Assembly (NCBI RefSeq): GCF_009914755.1
Contig: NC_060926.1
Length of the DNA stretch: 64,000 nucleotides
DNA from: the human T2T-CHM13v2.0 reference genome, Homo sapiens
Direction: 5' to 3' (one strand)
In this document: positions 12,713 to 28,390 of the stretch, piece by piece
How positions within the stretch are numbered: the stretch's first letter is position 1
Layout: each line of letters begins with the position of its first letter
The notes under the pieces: generated by a model
The model's input: only the letters and a program-made list of their open reading frames with translations
The model's database searches: none
What the model was told of the DNA's origin: nothing
Made by a program: the position numbers and the translations under genes

Positions 12713-13498
12713 AGGTATTTATTCTAAGACTAGAGTTAGAGTGACCACTCATCCAGGCTTGCCTGGGACCTTCTGCTTTAGCATGAGAGTGCTCTGCTCT
12801 GTCGGTGATTAGATGCAGGGATGACCCGGGTTTGTCTGCCTCGGGTCTTCCCTGGCTCCCAGGTGATCCCACCTGGAGTTAGGAGGTTCTGAGGGGACAG
12901 GGGCCGTGCCCTTGTAACAGAGGCTGCTGGACAGATGGACCGGGCCCAGGATGGGTTGGGAGGCACAGCCAGACCTCAGGGGGTTCCTATAGCACTGGTG
13001 AAAGTGAAGGAGGTTCCTGTGAGAAGGAAGGACCTTGAACCTGACAGGGCTAAGGGACAGCAGATCTCAGACCTCAGACCTCTAGCCTCAGGCATCGCAC
13101 AGGCCAAGCAGGGACAGGCAGACATGGGGTGTGGGCCCAGCGGCTAGAGGAGCCAGCTCGACTGTCCCCAGCCAGTCCATGTCACTTGGTTTTGTCCCCT
13201 GCCTGACCCTTGTAGACTCCCGATTTCCAACCCCTGGTTGGCGGCTGGGAGGTGTGGAAAGGGAGTACTGGGCGCCAGGAAAATGGGGTTCCCGGAAGAT
13301 GACTCAGGCAGCCCCAGAATATGTCTCCATCACTAATAGAGTCCAGAAGCAAGCCTGTGCCCATCCACTGCGATGAGGGTTTCTACGTGATGTTACTGTC
13401 ATCAAGCCAAACCTGCGGTAACGCCAACCCCTAAAGGCAACCAGGACTTCAGCCAAGTTCAAGTCCTGCATTGCATCAATACATTACGTGGACTTTGA

Positions 13499-13918
<420 letters not shown>

Positions 13919-15254
13919 TAAAATCTCAAGCTACTACTGACTGGTAAGAAAGAAAAGCAACCTCTTCAAATGGCAAGAGCCTCTCTACTAACCCCTGTAG
14001 AATATAAAAAGAAAATCATCTGGGTGAGCACGGAAGTCCTGTTTTTAGGGCAAATTTTCTGTGGGTTATAAATAAGCAGTTCTTAGCGGAAGGTCCCCCA
14101 CACTGGACCTGGGAGGCCCACACCACTTTACCCTTGACCCAGGCACACTGATGTCGGCAATAAAGGATGTGACATGCCAGAAGGAGCTGAGGTTCCTGGT
14201 GACAGCTGTTGCCAAGGTAACAGCACGCCAGGCTGCAAACAGGTAGAAACAAGAGGCTCTTCTTACTCACTTCGGAAATTACCAGGAAGCTGATTAAATC
14301 TTCTTAGAATCACAGATAGGAGCAGAGAAGCCTTCTTCTCAGGAAACTCACAGCGCAAAGCCACCCTTGCTGGGCTGGGAAAAAGAAGCCTGGGTTCTCA
14401 TGTCTGTGCCGTGATTGCAGGCACTGCTTACTCTATTGGACCTCAGATACTGTGCAGTTTTTACAAATTGAAGGTTTGTGGCAATGCTGTGTCAAGCAGG
14501 CCTATCGGCACCATCCTTCCAACAGCACCTGCTAACCCTGTGTCTCACGCCACCTTTTGGTAATTCTCGCAATATTTCAAACTTTTTCCTTATTATTATA
14601 TCTGCTCTGTTGACCTGTGATCAGCAACCTTTGGTGTTATTTGATGTTACTACTGTAATTGTTTTGGGGCACCATGAATCGTGCCCATATAAGATGGTGA
14701 ATTTGATTAATGAATGGCATATGTTCTCACTGCTCCACTGACCAGCCATTCCCCCATCTCTCTCTCTCTCACTTCTTCTCTTTCTCCCTCTCCCTGGTTC
14801 TCCTTATTCCCTGAGACACAACAAATATTGAAATTAGGCAAATTAACAACCTTACAATGGCCTCTGAGTGTTCAAGTGAAAAGTCAGTCTCTCACTTTAC
14901 TTCAACAGCTAGACATGATGAAGCTAGTGAGGAAGGCACACTGAAAGCTGAGAAAGGCTGAAAGCCTGGCCTCTTGTGCCAAACAGCCCAGTTGTGAAGG
15001 CAGAGAAAAAGAAGTTCTTGAAGGAAATTAAAAGTGCTACTCCAGTGAACATATGGATAATAAGAAAGCAAAGCAGACTTATTGCCAAAAGGGAGAAAGT
15101 TTTAGTAGCCTGGATAGAAGCTCAAACCAGCCACAACCTTCCCTGAAGCCACAGCCTAATCCAGAGCAAGGACCTAACTCTCTATGAAGGCTGAGAGGGG
15201 TGAGGAAGCTGCAGAAGAAGAGCTTGAAGCTAGTAGAGGTTGGTTCGTAAGGTT

Positions 15255-15620
15255 TGTATTAGTCCGTTCTCACACTACTGTAAACAACTACCTGAGACTG
15301 GGTAATTTATGAAGAAAAGAGGTTTGATTGACTCACAGTTCCACAGGATTAACAGGGAGCATGATCAGGAGGCCTCAGGAAACTGACAATCATGGCAGAA
15401 GGCGAACGGGAAGCAAGGGCCTTCTTCACATGTTGGCAGGAGAGACAGAGCCGGGGGGAAGTGCCACACACTTTTAAACCATCAGATCTCATGAGAACTC
15501 ACTCACTATCAAGAGAACAGGAGGGGGAAAATCTTTCCCCATGATCCAATCACCTCCCACCAGGCCCCTCCTCCAATTCGACATGAGATTTGGGTAGGGA
15601 CACAAATCCAAACCCTATCA
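15255..15620 (-). mobile_element. MSTA-like MaLR solo LTR inside Tigger1
   Basis: TG...CA ends ('tgtattagtcc'...'aaccctatca'); perfect 5-bp TSD AGGTT at 15250-15254 and 15621-15625. Confidence 0.88.
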
Positions 15621-16522
15621 AGGTTGAAGGAAAGAAGCCAGAACATAAAAGTGCACAGTGAAGCCGCAAGTGCTGGTGAAGAAGCTATAGCAAGTCATCC
15701 AGAAGATCCAGCTACCATCCTTGATGAAGGGGGCTCCACCAAACAACAGGTTTTCAATGTAAATGAAACAGCCTTCTATTAGAAGAAGATACCATCTAGG
15801 ACTTTCATAGCTAAAAAGGACAAGTCAATGCCTGGCTGCAAAACTCTGGAGGACAGGCTGCCTGCCTTGTTAGGGGATAATGCAGCTGGTAACTTTAAGT
15901 TGAAACCAATGTTTGTTTACCATCCCAAAAATGCTAGGGTCATTAAGAATTATGCTGAATCTACTCTGTCTGTGCTCTGTGAATGAAACACTCAAGCCTG
16001 GATGACAGCACCTCTGTTTACAGCATCGTTTATTGACTATTTTAAGCCCACTCTTAAGACCTACTGCTCAGAAAAAAAGATTCCTTTCAAAACATTACTG
16101 TTCATTGACAATGTACCTAGTCTTTGATGGAGATACACCAAGAGGTTTGATGGAGATGTACGGGAAATTAGTGTTGTTTTCATATCTGCTAACACAACAT
16201 CCATTCTGCAGCCCAAGATCAAGGAGTAATTTCAACTTTCAAGTGGAATTAGTTAAGAAATCCTTTTCATAAGGCTATAGCTGTCATAGCTGCCATAGAT
16301 AGTAAATCCTCTGATGGATCTGGGCAAAATATACTGGAAACTTTCTGGAAAGGATTCACCATTCTAGATGCTATTAGGAACATTCATGATTTATTGGAGG
16401 AGGTCAAAATATCAACATGAACAAGAGTTTGGAAAAAGTTAATTCCTCCCCTTGTGGATGACTTTGAGGGGCTCAGTGGATGAAGTAACTGCTTCATGTG
16501 GTGGAAACAGCAAGAGAACTAG

Positions 16523-16813
16523 ATTCTAAGCAAATAAATGTGGGAACAAAAACCACATACTGCATGTTCTCACTTACAAGTGGGAACTAATTATCGGGTA
16601 CTCATGGACATAAAAGTACTAATGGATACTGGGAACTACTAGACGGGGGAAAGAGGGAAGGGGACAAGTGTTGAAAAATGTTGGGTATTATGCTCAGTGC
16701 CCAGGTGACGGGATCAGTCATGCCCCAGACCTCAGCATCATGCAAAGTACCCAAGTAACAAACCTGCACACGTGGCCCCTAAATCTAAAAGAAAAGTTGA
16801 AAAAGAAAAAAAG
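16523..16813 (+). mobile_element. L1 (L1PB/old L1PA-like) 3' end inside Tigger1
   Basis: 'ctgcatgttctcacttacaagtggga...aacaaacctgcacacg...A-tail'; TSD 'agagaactaga' on both sides. Confidence 0.85.
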
Positions 16814-16996
16814 AGAGAGAACTAGAATAAGAGGTGGAGCCTGAAGCCGTGAGTGATCTCATGATAAAACTTGAGTGGATGAGGAGTTGCTCCTTATGGA
16901 TGAGCAGAGAAAGTGGCTTCTTGAGACAAAATCTCCCCCTGATGAAGACACCATGGACATTGTTGAAATGACAACAAAGGATCTGGAATATTCATT

Positions 16997-17170
16997 CCCA
17001 AGTAGCTGGGACTACAGGCGTACACCACCACACCTGGCTAATTTTTGTATTTTTAGTAGAGATGGGGTTTCACCATGTTGGTCAGGCTAGTCTCCATCTC
17101 CTGACCTCAGTGATCTGCCTACCTCGGCCTCCCAAAATGTTGGGATTACAGGCATGAGCCATTGCGCCCA
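16997..17170 (-). mobile_element. AluS 5' part (tail and most of right arm missing) inside Tigger1
   Basis: 'cccaagtagctgggactacagg...gagccattgcgcc' abuts the transposase at ...DLEYS. Confidence 0.85.
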
Positions 17171-17885
17171 ACCACATATGTGTAAATTAATGTACATTAG
17201 GTTTTTTAGACACAATGCTATCAATACTCTTGTACACTTAATAGACTCTGGTACACTGTAAACATAACTATTATATGCATTGGGAAACCAAAAACATCGT
17301 GGGCCTTACTTTACGATACTTGCTTTAGTGCAGTAGTCTGGAACTGAACCTGTAATATATCCAAGGTATGCTTGTATTTGCTGTGTTCCTTTAGAAAATT
17401 ACTTTTTCTCTGTTTCTCCAACTGGAAGGATTATATTAAACCTGGGGAAAGGCCCTTGAAGGACTCCATGGCACCCTCAGCGGACACTGTGGGCCTGAAA
17501 ATGATATTTATTTTTTTTTTCTAGGGAACTCTTCTATTGTATACAATTTTTAAGCATTTAAGTGACAAAGAATACTATAAGCAGAATAATGTTTATTTTT
17601 AAAAAAGAAACTTAAAACAAGAAAGTAATGGTAGGAAAATGTTAACTCCTTTAGCCTATGAATTTGTTGAAAAATGAATAAAACTACTGATAGGTTCAGT
17701 TAGGAGTATCTTTTGGGTTTTTTTTTTTTGGTACGGTTTGCAAAACTCTTTTGAGGTAAATATTAGGGTGTTTTATGTAGTTCTGATAACAGTGCATAGC
17801 ATATAGAAATGTTCTTTATGGTTTCTCCTGTCTCCATCTGGGCATGTCAAAGTTCAATTATGGTTTAAGCCATAGAGGACCTTTT

Positions 17886-17917
17886 ATCACTTCTCGGCCT
17901 TTTGGCTAAGATTAAGT
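17886..17917 (+). pseudogene. 3'-truncated U2 snRNA retrocopy (first about 32 nt)
   Basis: atcacttctcggccttttggctaagattaagt versus U2 5' end ATCGCTTCTCGGCCTTTTGGCTAAGATCAAGT (30/32). Confidence 0.85.
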
Positions 17918-18029
17918 ACAACAGTGGATCTTTTGTCTCAATCAAATTACCATACTTAACTATTTCATTCCAGAGGGCCAATGAAAAAAATGTATTTACA
18001 AGGATTATATTAAAATCATCAAGTACATG

Positions 18030-18727
<698 letters not shown>

Positions 18728-18959
18728 TGAGTTATGCCTGCATGTGGCTCTGGGTCTGAGAACCCTCACAGCTTGGCCCACCTCCTCCCTGGGGACCTGA
18801 TGATGCCCAGGTCCCCAGTCATCCAGGGCCGTGCAGGGACAAAGGGCCCTTCGGGAAATGCTAGAACTTAAACTCCGCTTCCCCCAGTTTCTCTCTACTG
18901 CAGTCACTTTCATTTCTTAGTTTAATGAGCTTTTTCTCCGTGGAAAGAGCTGCCAGCCA

Positions 18960-18961
<2 letters not shown>

Positions 18962-19001
<40 letters not shown>

Positions 19002-19074
19002 AGACGGAGTCGCTCTGTCGCCCAGACTGGAGTGCAGCGGCGCGATCTCGGCTCACTACAAGCTCCGCCTCCTC
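18962..19074 (-). mobile_element. 5'-truncated AluY (about 72 bp body plus about 39-nt pure poly-A)
   Basis: Y-type 'caagctccgcctcc' with CpGs intact; TSD ccagccacctt at 18953-18963 and 19075-19085. Confidence 0.9.
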
Positions 19075-19733
19075 CAGCCACCTTTCTTGAGTGGTTTCCG
19101 TAGGAGGAGGCGGTTCCCTCCAGGTTCTTCCCAAGGTCTTGGGCATCTTTCTGCAGAGTCGCGCTTCTCGGGTGTGTGGCTGACGCTTTCAGGCGCACTG
19201 GAAAGTGTCTTCTCCATTTCTAAGCAGTAAATTTCCTCTTCGATGACTTTTCTGCGAGTTTCTCCTGATGTTCTTATGGAGGGCAGGCAGGTTGGGGAGT
19301 TTCGCCTAAAGCCTCTGAGTCTCACTTGCAAGCTGTGGCCTTGCAGACTGCAAAGATGCTGGCTCAGTTTGCAGACTCTTCATTTTAACTGGAAGCGCTT
19401 CGTTTGTTTGATTTTCTTCACGTGGCTTTTATCTGGCTTTTCTCCCTCAAGCCTTCTTAAAGAATCGTCTAAGCTAACCGCATTGATCGTTTCTTCAAAT
19501 CATTTTCTGACGGATTGTCTTGGTCTCCATTTTCCAATGCCCTCTTTCTGTCTGATTCCAAGCTGCGATCTTCTCTAAAGCGAGCATGACAGCTTATCTC
19601 CAGCACCGTTCAGTCAGAGGTCTCTACGGGCTCTCTGTCACCGCATCCTGTCCCATGTGTATGTTCTGGTTTCCAAGCCTTCTCTCCGTGCCTTCATGCC
19701 TTCGTTCCTGTCCTCTCGCCTTCTGTGCTGTAG

Positions 19734-20105
<372 letters not shown>

Positions 20106-20426
20106 TGAAATGTGATCCCCTGTGTTAAAGGTGGGCCTGGAGGGAGGGGTTTGGGTCTTGGAGGCGGATCCCTTATGAATGGCTCGGTGCTGTCCTTGCA
20201 GTAATTACTGAGTTCTCACTCTATGAGTTCCTACCAGATCTCATTGTTTAAAAGAGCCTGGCCTCTCCCCTCTCTCTCTTGCATCTGCTCTTGCCATGTG
20301 ACACACTAGCTCCCTCTTCACCTTCCACTATGACTGGAAGCTTCCTGAAGCCTCACCAGCAGCAGATGCTGGCATTGTGCTTCCTGTTCAGCCTGCAGAA
20401 CTGTGAGCCAAATAAACCTCTTTTCT

Positions 20427-20681
20427 TTTTTTTTTTTTGACAGAGTCCTGCTCTGTCACCCAGGCTGGAGTGCAGTCGTGAGATCTCAGCTTACTGCAAC
20501 CTCCACCTTCTAGTTCAAGCAATTCTCCTGCCTCAGCCTCCCAAGTAGCTGGGATTACAGGTGCCCGCCATCATGCTTGGCTAATTTTTTTTTTTTTTTC
20601 AGTAGAGACAGGGTTTCACCATGTTGGCCAGGCTGGTCTCAAACTCCTGACCTCATGATCCGCCTGCTTTGGCCTCCCAAA
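20427..20681 (-). mobile_element. AluS (Sg-like), 5'-truncated, inside the MST LTR
   Basis: TSD ctcttttcttt on both sides. Confidence 0.9.
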
Positions 20682-22016
20682 CTCTTTTCTTTATAAATTA
20701 CCCAGCCTCAGGTATTCCTTCATAGCAATGCAAAAGGAACTAATTCAGCAGTTTCAGGTTTTCCTGAAGAAGAGTGAAGATGAAGGTTTTTAACCAAACC
20801 ATTGGTATTTTCTTTAGAAGTCATTCCATATTATTCGGAGATGCTTTCAGGATGTGTTTGGCATCAGTCACTTGGGATTTGTGGGATTTCAATGCATCAT
20901 TCAGGGGTCCTGTCTGTGCACCAAGGTGAGTCCACGTCACCACATGGAATGAAGGTTTGGGGGTCATTATCTATTTTTTTTCTAGAGGTTCTCCCTCATC
21001 ATCAAGTGAAAAGGCAGAACTGCCACATGTTTATCAAGTGCTGCCAAGAGTTTGTAACTTCAGGGGCCTGACCTCCATGGCAGGGGATCGTGGGCTCCCC
21101 ACCTGTGGCATCGCTCCAAGCTGCTCCCTGACTTGACTCTTCGACTCAGGCGGAAAGTCTCTTGGCTAGTTCTTTTTCCCTTTTTAAAGTATGTCTGGTC
21201 TTTACATAAAGTCAATCATAGCAGCATTTACCAGAATCTTCCAAGCAAACCTAGAGCCCTGAGCCTCATCTTTCAGACCACGCCAGCAGAGCATGGCACA
21301 GCAGCCCCAGGCCCAGCTGGAAGGACACACACTGGCCGTCAGCAGGCCCTCCTCAGCAACAAGGGGCCCCGCAGCTCTGCCCGTGTTTGCCAGTGTCCTA
21401 TTGACTACAACTGACCACATGGAAGCCCAAACAAGTGCCCAGCCACCAGGGCAGTCCGCCATGGGCTGGAGAGCGGAGGCCAGGCTCCATGAGCCCGTGC
21501 CTTCTTGTCGCTTACTCTGGCCACTGCTCAAATGGACTGTGATCCCATGTCCAGCACCCTGGGGTAGTGGGAAAGGCCGAGGCAGCTCAGGCCCTCCTGG
21601 GCCTCCAGGAAACCTAAAGGAACAAAGCAGGGCCCAGCCAGGACCCCTTGTGTGCTCAAAAGCTCGTGAGGGCATGTGGAGGGCACGGAGGCCGCCTAGG
21701 GGACTTGAGTGCCACATCCCCAGGTGAGGGTCCTCCTTCTCATGTTAGCTGTCTCCTGCAGGCCCAGCCTGCCTACAAGGTCATAGGACCCTCTTTAAAG
21801 TCCCCTCTCTCTCTGCCCCCTGTCCTTGTTCCTGAAGGCCCCTCCCTCATTTGTGTCTGCTTATCTGCTGGGCAGGGGCAGAGGACCAAAGGGCCTCACA
21901 GAAGGCCTACTTTTCACTCATGAGAAATAGGGAGAACCATGGAACAGGCCATGTCTCAAGGTTTTATGGATGTTCAGTGGAGCTGCTTTGTCCCCATTCA
22001 ATCTAAGCATTCCTGA

Positions 22017-22491
<475 letters not shown>

Positions 22492-22976
22492 CACCTCTTA
22501 TTTCTTTAAACAACATCTCCCTCTCTAGGCCTGTCTGGCGGGCTCAGCTCAGAGCCCCCTTGCCCATCACCTGCCCATCTGCAGTGATTTCCCCTTGGGT
22601 CTGGGGGACCGGATAGGCACCTGGAAGCAGGACACAGGTCCCTTGGGATATCAGGGACTGTCCTAGAGGGGAAGAATGAGGGGACCAAATGCCTGATGGG
22701 GAGCCAAGAGGTCTTGGAAGCCAGATGAGGCTGCAGCGAGGACAGGCCACACTGCCGTAGCCCCCGCTTCCTGCACCTGCACTCCGCAGCCCTGCTCCTG
22801 GCCTCTGGTGGAAGAGCTGGCCTTTGCTCAGGCTGTGGTTCCAGGGCTGGCAGTATGGTGATCAGTTTTATATCAGGCTTCTGCTCAAGATTTCATCTGA
22901 ACAAATGTTTACTCAGCGACAAAAATCAGTCACCACTGAACAGGACACTTGTAAACATGGTTAAACTGGTAAATCC

Positions 22977-23092
22977 TGTGTGTGTGTGTGTATATATATG
23001 TATATGTGTGTGTGTATATATATATACATGTATGTATACATATATATATACGTGTATAGATACACGTATATATATATACACACACACATACA
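22977..23092 (+). repeat. (TG)n/(TA)n/(CA)n compound microsatellite
   Basis: Alternating purine-pyrimidine run, roughly self-complementary. Confidence 0.9.
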
Positions 23093-23202
23093 TTTTGCCA
23101 CAATAAAAAAAAATCAATCAATCAATCAAACATCAGACCAGGTCATCTCTAAGACTCTAAGGTGCTCAGATTCTACACTGTAAGGTCTAAGATGTCACCT
23201 TT

Positions 23203-23486
<284 letters not shown>

Positions 23487-24230
23487 TGCATGAAGAGAGG
23501 TGGAGAGGGACATTTTGGCAACAGCAGCCAAAAATCAGAGAACAGCCCTTATCTTATGTTTTGTTGTCTCCAAATGCAGTCTCCCAAATAGGATGAGAAG
23601 TCAAAGGACTAAATATATACAAAGGTTAAATCCAAGTACTTATATAACAAGGTGAGAAGGATTTTTTAAAAACATCTCTTTAGCAACTGGCACCAGAATT
23701 CTTCTTGGCAAGGGAGAGAGGAGTGTCTTTGTCCAGAAAATACTGTGAGTGGCGCCTGGTGTGGGTGACAGGTCAAGGCTCTGGGCCTCCAGGACGGTGG
23801 GGGCTGTTCTGCATAAGACCAAGGGGACAATCTGCTATTTTTGTTCCTAAGCAGGGCAGGGGTAGAGGAGGCCCCTGAGATGGGGGAGGAGGGTAACAGG
23901 GGGAGACAGAGCACGGGATGATGGAGAAGGCTGGGCGGTGGGGAAGAGCCCTCAGTACTGGGCAGCTGTGCCCACTGCACAGTGTGGAGGTGGTCAGTGC
24001 TGCCCAGGGAGGTCTTCTTGTCAGGAGAGAAGCACTGAGAGGGGCTGAGATTTACACCTGGGCAGAATTCCTGAGGGAACAGAGCCCAGAGGCTGCAGCG
24101 GTCCTGGGAACTCGGCAAACTTGGGCAAGACTTTGAGCCTTCTCCAGCCGTGGAGCTAGGAGGGCTGAGTGGACACAACCCAGGTTTCCAGGGTCCAGGC
24201 ATCTGAGTGACACCTAAAGAAGGTAGGGAC

Positions 24231-25172
<942 letters not shown>

Positions 25173-25349
25173 ATAACCTGCAGCTGCTGCATCCGGACAG
25201 AGCTCGGGGCCCCCACAGGACTCATGCTCTCCATGAGGGGAAGGCCTCCCTGCCCCCTGAGGCTAAGGGACAAACAGCACACGCGGGGCTTCCTAGGTGC
25301 CAGCTGCTGCTCTCAGTTAAACTCTGCATCAGCCCTGTGAGGTGGGCAC

Positions 25350-25696
25350 TGACCTTCCTTGGCTCTATGTCCCCACCCAAATCTCATCTTGAATTGTAAT
25401 CCCCACGTGGGGAGGGTGGGGGGTGACTGGATCATGGGGACAGTTTCCCCCTGCTGTTCTCCTGATAGCAAGTGAGTTCTCATGAGACCTGATGGTTTTA
25501 TAGGGCAGTTTTCCCTGCTTTTGCTCACTCTCTCTCTCTCCTGCCGCCCTGTGAAGAAGGTGTTGGCTCCTCCTTCCACCATGATTCTAAGTTTCCTGAG
25601 GCCTCCCCAGCCATGCAGAACTGTGAGTCAATTAAACCTCTTTCCTTGACTGGTCTCGGGTATTTCTTTATAGCAGTGTGAGAACAGACTGACACA
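25350..25696 (+). mobile_element. THE1/MSTA-like MaLR solo LTR inserted in a MIR
   Basis: 'ccccacccaaatctcatcttgaattgtaatcccc...gaactgtgagtcaattaaacctc...agactgacaca'; TSD ggcac. Confidence 0.88.
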
Positions 25697-26249
25697 GGCA
25701 CCATTGTCATCATGGCACAAAAGAGGACGCATACGCACGGAGATGTTAATTAACCAGCCCAAAGTGCCACAGCTCGGGAGTGGCAGAGCCAGGCTCAAGC
25801 CCAGCAGTGCGGCCAAGTCTGTGGCCCTGCGTGTTGCCTGTTCCTCCTTCTGAGCCAGGAAATAGTGAGGGGCTGAGCCTGCTCCCTCTGCTCGGGTAAG
25901 TTGCTGCCCCTCAGCCTCACTCTCCTCACAGGCAGTCAGGTAAGCAGCCTATTCGCAGCTGGGGATGTGAGGTCAGGTGCAGCCAACATGGAGACCTGGT
26001 CCAGGTGAGGCGCTTCTGAGCTGGAGCCACGCCCACTCCACAGATGGGAATGCTGAGGTCCACAGGGAGGGGTGGGGTGCATCTAAGTGGAGAACCAGCT
26101 CCCCGGACTCCCAGCCCGTGCCCTTCACTGACATCTGTCCCTCATACCACTCGCACCTTATATTTGTATTCCATTTTGTACTTTTCAAAGCAATTTCTCA
26201 TCTACCTTCTGATTTGACCTTGACCACCCAGAGGACAGTCAGGAGCACA

Positions 26250-27020
26250 GACCTGCCGTGGTCGCCCCGGCCTAAAGCTCTTCAATGGCTTCTTGTTGTC
26301 CTTAAGCCCAAGGCCCAAGCCCTCACCAGGGCACCCCCTGCCCACCGCACTGCAGGGCCTCCCGCTCTGCCTGCCACCCTCTCCCCCATCTCTGATCTCC
26401 CCTCTGTGTGTGTTGGACCGGTCACCCATCTTCCTCCATCCCTCACTGCTTTTGAGCTCCCTCTTCCCCTGGCCTAGGACACTCTCTGCCCTCTACCCAG
26501 TAACCCTGTTCCCCTTTCTCAGCTCAGCCCAGCCCACCCTGACACCCTCACCCCTGGGGCAGCAGGTCGAGGCCCCCGTGAGACTCAGCCCCAGATCGCC
26601 CTTCCTTCACAACCTTCTCAGAGCTGCCAATGGTGGCGTTATTTGCATTTTGTCCACTTCTTAAAAAACTTGTATTTTAGGTTTAGGAGTACATGTTCAG
26701 GTTTGTTATATAGGCAAATTGCGTGTCATGGGGGCTTGGTGTATGGATTATTTTGCCACCCAGGTAATAAGCACAGTAGGTGGTTTTTTCTTTCTCGCCG
26801 CCCTCCCTCCCTCCCTCCACCCTCGAGAAGGCCCCAGTGTGTTGTTGTCTTCTTTGGCGTCCATCTGTACTTACATTTTACCTGTTTAACGTCAGTCCGT
26901 CTCACACGGTTACAAGCTCTAGGGGGAGGGTTTGCATCTGTTTTTCTCCAAGCTGTGGCCCCCCAGTGCCCTGGGCCTAGCTCAGTGCCCACCATGCAGT
27001 CAGCCTCTGTAATATTAAGG
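26250..27020 (+). mobile_element. L2 fragments (interrupted by L1)
   Basis: 'aaagctcttcaatggcttctt...' and 'ccccagtgccctgggcctagctcagtgcccaccatgcagt'. Confidence 0.55.
26660..26872 (-). mobile_element. L1PA (old) 3' UTR fragment
   Basis: 'aacttgtattttaggtttaggagtacatgttcaggtttgttatatagg...ggccccagtgtgttgtt'. Confidence 0.8.
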
Positions 27021-27269
27021 TGGACAGGCCTTCCCCACTAACAGACAGGATGAACCCAGAACAATGAGGAGAGACTTGCCAGAAGTGGAGCTGGGCCCGG
27101 GGTGCCTATCTGAACAGCTGTGGCCACAACAGCCAGCTGCAGAGTTGGGGACACAACCCTGGCGCATCCCATCGGGCAGGAGGGGAGCCTGCAAGTGCCC
27201 AGAGGACAAAGGTCAACACACCTGTCTTTGGTTTCTGATGTATGAGATGTGAAGGTGACTCAATCACAG

Positions 27270-27680
27270 ATGTCACAGTTCCCTCCAGTCACGTAACACA
27301 CGGCCCCGTTTTATTCAGTCTCACAATGTTGTGGGTTAGGAATTCAGTGGGGCTGGACTGAGCAATTTTCTGCTCCTTGTGGCATTGACTGGGGTCACTA
27401 AGTGGTGTGCAGCTGGCGGAGGGGCTGGCCTGGAAGGTCTCAGACAGCTGCCCTCATGCTGGCTGCTCAGCAGGACGAGGAAGTGACTGGGTCCTTGTCC
27501 CTCTCCATGGACTCTCAGGGCCTCTCCACACCTGAGGGTTGAACTTGGCTTCAAGAGACCAAGGTGGAAACCACCAATCCTTGTAAAGTCCAGGCCCAGT
27601 CTAGGCTGGCACAGTCACCTTGCTGTACCCTACACAGGCCAGCCTAGGCTCGGAGGACCAGACCCCACCTCTCAAGGCAG
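27270..27680 (-). mobile_element. Old MLT1 (G/H-like) LTR
   Basis: 'tctcacaatgttgtgggttaggaattc...ctggcacagtcacctt...agaccccacctctc'. Confidence 0.6.
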
Positions 27681-27825
27681 GTGTTATTGTCTCTGTCTTA
27701 CAGATAGGTAGGTTGAGGCTCAGAGACATGAAGTAGCCAAGGTCACAGAACTTACCTGGGACTCACACCTGGAGATTCACACCTGGGACTGCAGCCTGGA
27801 GTGTAAGCCTAAAGTCCGGGCTCTG

Positions 27826-28120
27826 GGCTGGGCACAGTGGCTCATGCCTGTAATCCCAGTGCTTTGGGAGGCCAAGGCGGGAGCATCACTTGAGGCCAGG
27901 AGTTTGAGACCAACCTGGGAAACATAGCAAGACCCTGTCTCTACAAAAACGAAAAATAAAATTAGCCAGGAGTGGTAGCGCGTGCTTGTGGTCCCCCCAG
28001 CTACTTGAGAGGTTGAGGCAGGAGGATTGCCTGAGCCCAGGAGCTTGAGGCTGCAGTGAGCCATGACTGAGCCACTGCCCTCCAGCCTGAGCAACAGAGA
28101 CCTACACTCTAAATAGATAA
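27826..28120 (+). mobile_element. AluJ
   Basis: J-type 'ctgagcccaggagcttgaggctgcagtgagccatga'. Confidence 0.88.
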
Positions 28121-28259
28121 AACCTGAACTCCCCTCCCAGGCTGCCCTGCCTTCCTCAACGCTTGCTCCGGTGGCGTGGATGGGTCAGGACTGACTGAGC
28201 CAACTCCCACATCTCACCTGTGGTTCCCAGCCTGGCTGCTCACTCAGCTAAACAACTTG

Positions 28260-28390
28260 GATCATCACAGGTTCCCTGGCCCTGGCTGTAGGAGGTTGAC
28301 TTGAATTGGTCTGAGGTGGAGTCTGGACACTGGTAGTTTTTAAAGCGCTCAGGTGATTTCCATTAAAGCCAAGGCTGAGAATCCCTGGTT
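28260..28390. mobile_element. MER5-like hAT fragment
   Basis: 'gtctgaggtggagtctggacactggtagtttttaaagcgctcaggtgatt...gccaaggctgagaatcc'. Confidence 0.55.

Larger units (their letters stand above)
14418..17374 (+). mobile_element. Tigger1 (TcMar-pogo) DNA transposon, near full-length, with nested insertions
   Basis: Ends 'caggca...' and '...ccaaggtatgcttg|ta'. Decayed transposase starts at ATG 14857 (MASECSSEK...) and includes [13 protein letters not shown]...[11 protein letters not shown]. Many stops and frameshifts. Confidence 0.93.

Noticed and set aside
14857-16996. Possible domesticated TIGD-like transposase gene
   Set aside because: Multiple stops, frameshifts, three insertions and a C-terminal deletion.
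18962-19000. Poly-T as the poly-A tail of the CTAGE retrocopy
   Set aside because: It belongs to the truncated AluY (TSD-flanked), and CTAGE homology continues beyond it.
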